A stretch of DNA of 64,000 nt from an uncultured Gemmatimonadales bacterium (GTDB taxonomy: Bacteria > Gemmatimonadota > Gemmatimonadetes > Gemmatimonadales > GWC2-71-9), in NCBI GenBank assembly GCA_963817715.1, contig CAWFPG010000004.1:199673-263672 (forward strand). The letters run 5' to 3'. The translations under genes were made by a program, and so were the position numbers. Shown in pieces: positions 55,950 to 64,000 of the stretch (position 1 is its first letter; each line of letters starts with the position of its first letter). The notes under the pieces are model-generated. The model did no database searches, was not told the DNA's origin, and saw nothing but the letters and a program-made list of their open reading frames with translations.

Positions 55950-56356
55950 CAGTCCAGCCTTTCGGAGGTGGGGTACTGAAGGCACGCGCAAACGAGGCTC
56001 GGGGCAGCTCATCGCCATCGACCCGGGATTCCCACCTCCCCCTGTCCGATGCCGGAATCGTCTCATTCCACCACGGCTGGGCGGGATGGACGGCCCGGCC
56101 GGTCGGTCGCCGGCGCCCGGCACTCCGGTGGGTCTGGGCCGCCCCGGCGGGGGTCACAGGGTGTCGGGCCCCAGGGGGCCCCGGCGTGGCCGATCGGGGC
56201 GGTGGCGCGGCGATGCTCACCGTGGCTGGGGGGGCGGACGATACTGTGGGAACCAGTTACCATTCAGATGTCGGAGTCGGCCGGGGGTCGGCTCCGGTCC
56301 CTTGGCACGGTTCGTGTCGCACGGACCGACATCTGCCGCCACCCGGAGGCTCCTCG

Positions 56357-57196
56357 ATGCGTGCCACGCTGCTCTTCTTCGCCGCTGCTGTCCTCGTCGC
56401 CCCCTTGGCGGCCCAGGAGGCCAGCTCCGACACCACCCCCTTCTTCCTGCGCAAGCCGGTGCCGCCCAGCGAGGCGCTCAAGGCATATCGCGAGAAGCCC
56501 TATCGACCGGTTCGTCCGGCCGAGGTGCGCTCGGCGGGCTTCCTGACCGAGGGCCAGATGCTGCCGTTCGGTCGAGCGCTGGGTCCGACCACCCCGCCAG
56601 TGGTGCGCGGCATCGGGGCCAGCGCGGTGACCGAGCTGGGCAGCAGCTTCGCGGTCCTGCCTCCCGCAGGCGGCAGCTACCGGGCCGGCGACACCCTGTT
56701 GGTGGCGACGCGGCACCTCGGTCCCAAGGGGTGGGGCGACGTGATCGAGCCGATGGGGCTGCTCGAGGTGACCGATGCCAGTGGCCGCCAGACGGTGACC
56801 AAGGTGATCCGGATCTACGGCCCGATGCGCGACGGCCAGGTGGTCCTTCCTGCCGGCCCGGTGCCCGAGGCGGGCGAGGTGACGCCGGTGCCCACCCCCG
56901 ACGGGCCGACCGGCACGGTGATCGCCGCGGCCGACCCGCGGGACCTGCTGCTGCCTGCTGCCCAGATCTTCATCGACCTCGGTCGCGACGACGGCATCCG
57001 GATCGGCGACTTCGTCATGATCCGGCGTCGCAGCGGGCCACGACTCAACGCGCCGGACACCATCGACGAACCAATGGCCACCGGCCAGGTCGTGGCCGTG
57101 AACGGGGCCAGCAGCACCGTCAAGCTGATCGACGTGAAGGAGCCCGTGATCGCCTCCGGGACGCCCGTCGTGCGGATCGCCACGCTGCCGAACTGA
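56357..57196 (+). CDS. secreted hypothetical protein
   Basis: GGAGG lies 7 nt before ATG 56357. Signal MRATLLFFAAAVLVAPLAAQ. No family recognised by eye. Confidence 0.5.
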   Translation: MRATLLFFAAAVLVAPLAAQEASSDTTPFFLRKPVPPSEALKAYREKPYRPVRPAEVRSAGFLTEGQMLPFGRALGPTTPPVVRGIGASAVTELGSSFAVLPPAGGSYRAGDTLLVATRHLGPKGWGDVIEPMGLLEVTDASGRQTVTKVIRIYGPMRDGQVVLPAGPVPEAGEVTPVPTPDGPTGTVIAAADPRDLLLPAAQIFIDLGRDDGIRIGDFVMIRRRSGPRLNAPDTIDEPMATGQVVAVNGASSTVKLIDVKEPVIASGTPVVRIATLPN

Positions 57197-57252
57197 AGCG
57201 TGGCGGGGACCGCACTATCTTCCTCTCCCAACAACAGCGATTCCCCCCTTGA

Positions 57253-57276
57253 GGCGGGCGCCACCCGGCGCCCGCC
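57253..57276 (+). terminator. GC hairpin GGCGGGCGCC-accc-GGCGCCCGCC
   Basis: Perfect 10-bp stem between the stop at 57196 and the epimerase start at 57289. Confidence 0.5.
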
Positions 57277-57288
57277 CGTGAGGCCTGC

Positions 57289-58238
<950 letters not shown>

Positions 58239-58242
<4 letters not shown>

Positions 58243-58946
58243 TCCAGGCCGATTCCGCGACGGTCTCCCTCAATCTGGTGGGGCTGGTCCTCAGCGCCTC
58301 GGTCGAGACCAAGGTGGTGCTGCTCCTCTGCGCCATCTTCTCGCTGGTATCGTGGTACCTGATCTTCGCCAAGACGGTCGAGTTCCGGCGGCTGCGCCGT
58401 GAGCACGATCGCTTCGCGCGGGCGACCCAGGGACGCCGCTCGCTCGAGGATCGCGAGCAGGCCCTGGCGGCGATCGGCCACTCGCCCTTTGCCGACCTGG
58501 TACGGACCGTGGCCGGCTTTCTCGGCGACCTCAAGAGCGCCAACGAGCGCGAGGGCATCAGCCGGAGCGGCCTGTCGCTCACCCAGCTCGAGGCGCTGAC
58601 GCTGGCTCTCGACACCCAGGTGCGTGCCGAGGCCGAGTCGGCGGGCCGCCGGGTGCCGTGGCTGGCGACCATCGCCGCCACCTCCCCGTTGCTCGGCCTC
58701 TTTGGTACCGTGCTCGGCATCATGCAGGCGTTCCAGCGGATCGCCGTGACCCAGAGCAGCAACATCGCTGCGGTGGCGCCGGGCATCGCCGACGCCTTGG
58801 TCGCCACCGCGGCCGGTCTCGGGGCCGCGATTCCGGCGGTGATCGCCTACAACATCTTCACCTCGCGGGTCGATCGCTACGAGGGCGAGCTCGAGCGCGC
58901 GGCACAGGCCGAGATTGCCGCTCTCGGTCGTGAGGGGAGGCTGTAG
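58239..58946 (+). CDS. tolQ: MotA/TolQ/ExbB proton-channel protein (TolQ by context)
   Basis: Three TM segments and the conserved LATIAATSPLLGLFGTVLGIMQAF...APGIADALVATAAGL. Confidence 0.8.
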
Positions 58947-58948
58947 CG

Positions 58949-59371
58949 GTGCCGCTCCGGGGGATCGGGACCGGTCGCCAGAAGCGCCACCTCAATGCCG
59001 AGGTGAACATCATCAACCTCGTCGATGTGGTGCTGGTGCTGCTGCTGATCTTCATGCTCACCGCGCCGATGTTGCAGGGCGGGGTAGAGGTGAAGCTCCC
59101 CAGGGCCGCCACCCGGCCGCTCGTGGCGCGCGACGGCGTGACGATCACCGTGACCCGCGGCGGGCAGGTCGCGATCGGCGAGGCCCGGATGAGCCTCACC
59201 GATTTCCGGGCCCAGGGCGCCGCCGCGCTCAAGCTCAAGAACCCGGAGGCGGTCTACATCCGGGGTGATGACGCCGCCAGCTACGGCACCGTGATCCAGG
59301 TCCTCGCGGCGGTCCGCGAGGCGGGGATCACCAATGTGGGGCTGGTCGTCGAGCAGGAGTCGCGGCAATGA
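58949..59371 (+). CDS. tolR: ExbD/TolR biopolymer transport protein
   Basis: NIINLVDVVLVLLLIFMLTAP... and the periplasmic domain VYIRGDDAASYGTVIQVL. Confidence 0.8.
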   Translation: MPLRGIGTGRQKRHLNAEVNIINLVDVVLVLLLIFMLTAPMLQGGVEVKLPRAATRPLVARDGVTITVTRGGQVAIGEARMSLTDFRAQGAAALKLKNPEAVYIRGDDAASYGTVIQVLAAVREAGITNVGLVVEQESRQ

Positions 59372-60057
59372 CCGCTGCCACCGTCCCGGGCGCCAATCGC
59401 GCCGGGTTGGTGGGCAGCGCCGCGGTGCACCTGCTGCTGGTGGCCGGGCTGGTGGTCGTGGCACGCCGTGCCAGCCCACCGCCACCGCTCGTCTACGAGG
59501 TGAACCTGGTTGCCGCACCGGCACCGGGTCCGGCACCACGCCGTGCCGCGGAGGCCGCCACGCCGGCCCGCCGCGACGAGGAGGTGGCGCCGCCGGTGAA
59601 GCAGCCGACACCCAAGCCGAAGGAAGCACCGCCCAAGCCCAAGCCGGCGACCACCCCGGCTCGGGATGAGCCGGCGGTGCCGACCAAGAGCGACGTCACG
59701 CCGCTCCCGGGCGAGACGCCGAGTACCGGGACCGACCAGCTCACCTTCCGGCAGGAGGGGATGCGGTTTCCGTATCCCGACTATCTCGAGAACATCGTCA
59801 CCCAGGTCAAGAAGCGCTGGGCCAACCCGGTCGGACAGGGATTGCGGCTGCGCACCGAGGTGGCCTTCACGATTCAACGCGACGGTACCGTGACCGACAT
59901 CAGCCTGGCCCGACGATCGGGCAACTTCACCTTCGACACCGAAGCCCAGGGGGCGATCGAGCGTGCCGCCCGCGACCGGGCCTTCGGGCCGTTGCCGACG
60001 GGCTGGAACGGCGAGTCGCTGCCGATCGCGTTCTCATTCACCCCGGAGGACCGGTGA
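59368..60057 (+). CDS. TonB-C-domain protein (TolA-like by context)
   Basis: N-terminal TM, Pro/Lys/Ala-rich linker, C-terminal TonB_C-like YPDYLENIVTQVKKRW...VAFTIQRDGTVTDISLARRSGN. Confidence 0.7.
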   Translation: MTAATVPGANRAGLVGSAAVHLLLVAGLVVVARRASPPPPLVYEVNLVAAPAPGPAPRRAAEAATPARRDEEVAPPVKQPTPKPKEAPPKPKPATTPARDEPAVPTKSDVTPLPGETPSTGTDQLTFRQEGMRFPYPDYLENIVTQVKKRWANPVGQGLRLRTEVAFTIQRDGTVTDISLARRSGNFTFDTEAQGAIERAARDRAFGPLPTGWNGESLPIAFSFTPEDR

Positions 60058-61349
60058 GGCGGAAGTGGTGGTTCGTGCTGTCCTTGTGCGGTCTGGCGGG
60101 GCTGCACGCGACGCCCCTCCGGGCCCAGGACCCGATCAAGCTGGGGATCCGCTACCAGCCCGGTGTCCAGCCGGGGCTCATCGTGGTGGCCGGACCGGGG
60201 CTCGACTCGGTGCGCAAGGTGGTCGAGCGCGACCTGCAGTTCTCCGATCGATTCCAGATGGCGATGTGGCCCGATTCGGCTGGGCCGCTCACCGGGCCGC
60301 TCAACCTGCAGCTCTATCGCGAGACGCTGGGACTCACCTGGGCGGTGGAGCTGCAGCCGGCGGTCGGCGGGGTGCGGGTCCAGCTGCACCACCTGCCCAG
60401 CGGCGAGACCCGGCTCGATGCGGTGCGGGGGATGCTCCCCACGGCCATCGGGCCGGACCGCATGCCGATCCATGAGTTGAGTGACGAGATCGTCAAGGCG
60501 GCCACCGGGGCACAGGGGATCGCCGCGACCCGGATTCTCTTCCAGTACGGCACCGCGATCTGGTCGATCGACAGCGACGGCGCCAACATGACCCAGGTGA
60601 CCCGGGGCACGGGCATCGCGACCTCGCCAACGTGGTCCGGCGATGGCTCCCGGATCGCCTTCACCGAGCTGCGCGACTACGGTGGGGTCATCATCCTGCA
60701 GAACCTCGCCACCGGGGCCCGCCAGACCGTGCCGAGCACCACCGGATCGGGTCAGGCGATCACCCCGGCGATTTCGCCCCTGGGCGGGGAATTGCTGTTC
60801 GGATGGTCCACCGACCGGGGTACCGACATCTACCGGGTCGACATCGCCAGGATGTGCTGCGTGCTGGCGCTCACGGCCGGTGGCAAGCTGGCGGATAACT
60901 TGTCACCTGCGTATTCTCCGGACGGTCGGCGGGTGGCCTTCATGAGCACGCGACCGGGCCGTCCCCAGATCTACGTGATGGACCAGGACGGGGCGAACCA
61001 GCGGGCGCTGGTGCCATTCGATGGCAGCGAGACCGGTGCCTCGTTCGCGCCGGAGTGGTCCCCGGATGGCGAGCGGATCGCCTTCCATCGCGACATCGCG
61101 GGCGGGCGGCAGGTGATGGTCTTTGATTTCGCCTCCGGGCGGGCCACGGCGGTCACCTCGGTCGGGCGTAACGAGGACCCGAGCTGGGCACCGGACTCGC
61201 GCCACCTGGTCTTCCGGTCGAGCCGGTCTGCGGGCCAGCAACTCTGGGTGCTGGACCTCGAGACCGGGATGACCCGCCAGCTGACCAACGTCAACGGACG
61301 AGCCAGGCTCCCGGCCTGGTCGCCATCGTTTGCCGGATCCCATCCATGA
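60054..61349 (+). CDS. tolB: Tol-Pal system beta-propeller protein TolB
   Basis: Signal peptide, N-terminal TolB domain, repeated WD40-like PD40 units (SPTWSGDGSRIAF, SPAYSPDGRRVAF, APEWSPDGERIAF, DPSWAPDSRHLVF). Confidence 0.85.
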   Translation: MRRKWWFVLSLCGLAGLHATPLRAQDPIKLGIRYQPGVQPGLIVVAGPGLDSVRKVVERDLQFSDRFQMAMWPDSAGPLTGPLNLQLYRETLGLTWAVELQPAVGGVRVQLHHLPSGETRLDAVRGMLPTAIGPDRMPIHELSDEIVKAATGAQGIAATRILFQYGTAIWSIDSDGANMTQVTRGTGIATSPTWSGDGSRIAFTELRDYGGVIILQNLATGARQTVPSTTGSGQAITPAISPLGGELLFGWSTDRGTDIYRVDIARMCCVLALTAGGKLADNLSPAYSPDGRRVAFMSTRPGRPQIYVMDQDGANQRALVPFDGSETGASFAPEWSPDGERIAFHRDIAGGRQVMVFDFASGRATAVTSVGRNEDPSWAPDSRHLVFRSSRSAGQQLWVLDLETGMTRQLTNVNGRARLPAWSPSFAGSHP

Positions 61350-61948
61350 ACTGGAGTCGATCGATGTCCCGTAGCCTCACCGCCCTTCTTGGCCTTGCGA
61401 TCGTGGTCACCGCCTGCGGCAAGAAGGAAGAGCCGGTGGTGACGCCCACGCCGACCCCGACCGAGCAGATGGGTCCCAACCAGGACTCGATCAACGCGGC
61501 GAACCGGGCACGCGCCGAGCAGGCCCGCCGCGATTCGCTCGCTGCCGCCGCGCAGGCCGCTGAGGCGGCCCGCGCCGCGCTGGTCAACGAGGTGGCAACG
61601 CTGATCCACTTCGACTACGACAAGTTCGACATCCGCAGCGAGGATCGCGCCCTGCTCGACCGCAAGGCGGCGATCATGCGTGCCAACCCGGCGCTCCGGA
61701 TCCGGATCGTGGGCAACGCCGACGAGCGCGGCTCCGACGAGTACAACCTCGCGCTCGGCATGCGCCGCGCCGGCTCGGCCAAGGACTACCTGGTCCGCCT
61801 CGGGGTCGAGGAGGGCCGCATCGAGACCGCCTCGCTCGGCGAGGAAGTGCCGCTCGATCCGGGGTCGAACGAGGCCGCCTGGGCCATGAACCGCCGCGAC
61901 GAGTTCGAGGTGATCGCCGGGGCCCAGACGCTGGTCGCCCCACGGTGA
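61346..61948 (+). CDS. pal: peptidoglycan-associated lipoprotein (OmpA-family), Pal
   Basis: Lipobox LGLAIVVTAC. OmpA_C text IHFDYDKFDIRSEDRALLD...IVGNADERGSDEYNLALGMRRA...NRRDEF. ATG 61364 is an alternative start. Confidence 0.85.
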   Translation: MNWSRSMSRSLTALLGLAIVVTACGKKEEPVVTPTPTPTEQMGPNQDSINAANRARAEQARRDSLAAAAQAAEAARAALVNEVATLIHFDYDKFDIRSEDRALLDRKAAIMRANPALRIRIVGNADERGSDEYNLALGMRRAGSAKDYLVRLGVEEGRIETASLGEEVPLDPGSNEAAWAMNRRDEFEVIAGAQTLVAPR

Positions 61949-62733
61949 CCTGCCGGCCCCGGGCGCTGGTCCTGCTGCTGCTGGGCGGCGTGGCGGCGTG
62001 CGCCACGCCGGGACAGGTGCGTCGCATCGAGACCCAGCTGGCGGTGCAGCAACGGGACCAGGAACGCCGTGACTCGGCCACGGCCGCGATGCTGCGGCAG
62101 ATCCTGGTGGCGCAGCAGGCCACCCTCGACTCGCTCGAGAACACCCGCCAGCAGGTCTCGCTCGCCAAGGGTGAGAGTTCGGCCGAGACGGTCGAGTTGC
62201 AGCGCAAGATCCTGAACCTCCAGGAGCAGATGTCGCAGCAGAACCAGCGGATGAGCGACTTCCTGGCGCAGCTCGATGCGCGACAGGCGGCGATCACCCA
62301 GCCGCCGATGGTTGCCGACAGCGGCGACTCCACCGCGGTGGCCGCCGGTACCGGCACCGCGACCGCGGTCCAGATGCTCGAGGCTGGCAACACCCAGCTC
62401 CGGCGCGGTACCTTCAGCACGGCGCGGGTGGCGTTCCAGCAGCTGCTGGTGAGTCATCCACTCTCGCCGCTGGTGCCCGACGCCCTGTTCGGGTTGGCCG
62501 AGACCTACGCCAGCACCAATCCCGATTCAGCGGTGGCCTACTACCGCGAGGTGGCCCGCAACTACCCCGAGTCGCCCCGGGCGGCCTCGGCGATGTGGAA
62601 GCTCGGCGACCGGGCCCAGAAGGCCGGTGACCTGGCCGAGGCGAAGCAGTGGTTCACGCGCATCGTGGACGACCGCTATCGCGGCACCGCGGAGTACGAC
62701 CTGGCGCGCGACCGGCTGCGCCAGCTGCCGTAG
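61945..62733 (+). CDS. ybgF: Tol-Pal system protein YbgF/CpoB (coiled coil + TPR)
   Basis: N-terminal coiled coil. C-terminal TPR block FQQLLVSHPLSPLVPDALFGLAETY...YYREVARNYPESPRAASAMWKLG. Confidence 0.7.
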   Translation: MTCRPRALVLLLLGGVAACATPGQVRRIETQLAVQQRDQERRDSATAAMLRQILVAQQATLDSLENTRQQVSLAKGESSAETVELQRKILNLQEQMSQQNQRMSDFLAQLDARQAAITQPPMVADSGDSTAVAAGTGTATAVQMLEAGNTQLRRGTFSTARVAFQQLLVSHPLSPLVPDALFGLAETYASTNPDSAVAYYREVARNYPESPRAASAMWKLGDRAQKAGDLAEAKQWFTRIVDDRYRGTAEYDLARDRLRQLP

Positions 62734-62749
62734 CCCCCGCGGTCCGCCC

Positions 62750-63538
62750 ATGGCCATGTCGACGGGAGAGATGCCGTTCCTCGACCATCTCGAGGAGCTG
62801 CGATCCCGCATCCTGAAGTCACTCGCCGCGATCGTGATCGCGGTCGGCATCGGCCTCTGGATGGTGCTCCGGTTCGGGGTGCTCGATTTCCTCAAGTCGC
62901 CGATCGCGGCGTACGTTCCCAACGGCAAGTTGACGGTGACGGCGGTGACCGAGCCGTTCATGATCACCCTCAAGCTCGGCGCCGTTCTCGGGATGGTGCT
63001 GGCCTCACCATTCATTCTCTACCAGCTCTGGGCCTTCCTCTCGCCGGCGCTCTACGAGCGCGAGCGCAAGGCGATGGTGCCGTCGTTGGGGGTGGGGCTG
63101 CTGCTGTTCCTGCTGGGGGCTTGGGTCGGGTGGGCGTTCGTGCTCCCCAGGGCGATCCCGATCATGCTCGGCTTCCAGGCCGGGTCGTTCAACCAGCTGA
63201 TCACCTACGACTCCTACTTCTCCTTCGTCATCCAGATCATGCTCGCCTTCGGGATCTCGGCCGAGGTGCCGCTGGTGATGGTGATGCTGTCGGCGATCGG
63301 GCTGGTCGAGGCGCGCAAGTGGAACAAGTTCCGTCGCTTCGCGATCGTCTTGTCGTTCGTGGCCGGGGCACTGCTGTCGCCGGGTGGCGACGCGTTCCTG
63401 ATGATGTTGGTGACGGTGCCACTGATCCTGCTCTACGAACTCGGTGTCGCCGGGGCGTTGCTGGCCCAGCGGGCGCGGCGAGGCACCCTCGACGCGCAGC
63501 GGCGTGCCAGGGAGAATGACACCGGCGGCGACGATGAT
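62750..63538 (+). CDS. tatC: twin-arginine translocase subunit TatC (no stop codon at its expected end; frame stays open to the window edge)
   Basis: Not in the supplied ORF track because this frame has no stop before 64000. MPFLDHLEELRSRILKSL, six TM segments, FILYQLWAFLSPALYERERK, LLSPGGDAFLMMLVTVPLILLYELG. About 255 aa up to ...RRARENDTGGDDD. Confidence 0.8.
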
Positions 63539-63598
63539 GGCGGGGGAGGGAGCGGTGGTGGTGGTGGCGGCGGCGGTGGCGGGGGGGGCGGCGGCGGC
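63539..63598 (+). repeat. (GGN)20-like tract encoding GGGGSG15, containing a G8 run at 63581-63588
   Basis: Codons counted directly in the tatC frame. Confidence 0.85.
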
Positions 63599-64000
63599 CT
63601 GCTCGGGATCCTGCTGGTGGCACTGCTGCTCGCCGGGGTCGCTGCGCCGCTTGCGGCGCAGAATCGGCCGCCGCCACGCGCCGGTGGGCTGAGCGGTGTG
63701 CTCTCCGGGGGACGGGACACCCTGGGTCGCGGCATCCAGCCGGCGAAGGAGATGGACAGCGCGACCGCCAAGCGGCTCGGCCTCCCCACGAAGCCGAGCC
63801 GCACCTTTCCGGGCCCCGACTCGGTCATGGCCGCGCTGCTGGCACGTCGTGGCTTCGCCATGACCCGGTATCTCGGCGATTCGGCGGTGCTGGTGGCCGA
63901 CTCACAGCGCATCATCCTCTCGGGCCATGCCGCAACCTCGCGCGACAGCGCGGTGATGGAGGCGGGCCGGATCGTCTACGACGACCACCGCTGCGAGCTG
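63599..64000 (+). CDS. 5' part of a secreted protein (OstA/LptD-like N-terminus suspected), in frame with tatC, truncated by the window end
   Basis: Signal-like LLGILLVALLLAGVAAPLAAQ, then ...AVLVADSQRIILSGHAATSRDSAVMEAGRIVYDD, resembling OstA_N strand pairs. The true start codon is unresolved. Confidence 0.35.
   Translation, partial: MLGILLVALLLAGVAAPLAAQNRPPPRAGGLSGVLSGGRDTLGRGIQPAKEMDSATAKRLGLPTKPSRTFPGPDSVMAALLARRGFAMTRYLGDSAVLVADSQRIILSGHAATSRDSAVMEAGRIVYDDHRCEL

Noticed and set aside
55950-56356. Upstream extensions of track ORFs 54174..56123(-) and 55937..57196(+), which overlap each other in the divergent intergenic region
   Set aside because: Both extensions are Arg/Gly/Pro-rich. 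Internal ATGs (55949 minus, 56357 plus) give canonical lipoprotein and signal peptides, and the plus one has an SD.
63444-63692. Track ORF 63444..63692 (MTPAATMMAGEGAVVVV...) as an independent gene
   Set aside because: It lies inside the G-rich tract and overlaps the open tatC frame. It may contain the true start (ATGATG 63534) of the downstream gene if an indel is corrected, but as written it is not a credible protein.

Overview
64-kb window of a very GC-rich (roughly 70%+) bacterial chromosome. It carries a Gram-negative envelope gene set: BamD, Tol-Pal, a TonB-dependent receptor and a possible LptD-like ORF. The gene content loosely suggests a Gemmatimonadota-like lineage; this is inference only.

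Most of the window is core housekeeping, packed into long same-strand runs with 1-4 nt start/stop overlaps:
- DUF389 protein, trxB, MBL hydrolase, aspA, MFS transporter, Rrf2 regulator, moeB-rhodanese, tRNA-Leu(CAG), smpB, cell-wall amidase, pyrD-pyrF
- a detached rpmJ-rpsM-rpsK-rpsD-rpoA-rplQ block, rpmB, gmd plus an rmd-like gene, carB, murB
- an OmpR/histidine-kinase pair
- a WbpD/E/B/A-like + ugd + uxs nucleotide-sugar block
- TPR proteins, bamD, nadD, secA, a TonB-dependent receptor, radC, relA/spoT, an EVE-domain protein, uvrB, tsaE-tsaB-rimI, ssb, an RCC1/Big_2 lipoprotein, a galE-like epimerase, tolQ-tolR-tolA-like-tolB-pal-ybgF and tatC

Main second-look items:
1. A low-GC 2.3-kb cassette (22302-24675) lies directly after murB. 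It encodes a secreted 6-Cys mini-protein with a CXXCH motif, a beta-propeller-like protein and a private DsbA-like oxidoreductase. A G11 tract sits in a putative promoter spacer in front of it.
2. Three intergenic nested palindromes share one architecture: the outer arms are tandem 7-nt repeat arrays of unrelated sequence (16075-16173, 25644-25767, 49748-49900).
3. The 12-mer CCGACTATATTC lies 5-7 nt before the start codons of both the Rrf2 gene and uvrB. Neither gene has an SD, so these are candidate leaderless promoters.
4. An ~800-bp hairpin-dense non-coding stretch separates secA from the TonB-dependent receptor.
5. tatC runs without a stop through a 20-codon Gly tract into a signal-peptide-bearing ORF that continues to the window edge. 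This ORF is absent from the supplied track.
6. At least 14 single-nucleotide frame breaks disrupt essential conserved genes, several at homopolymers. Assembly indels are more likely than real pseudogenes.

No transposases, phage genes, CRISPR arrays or rRNA were seen.
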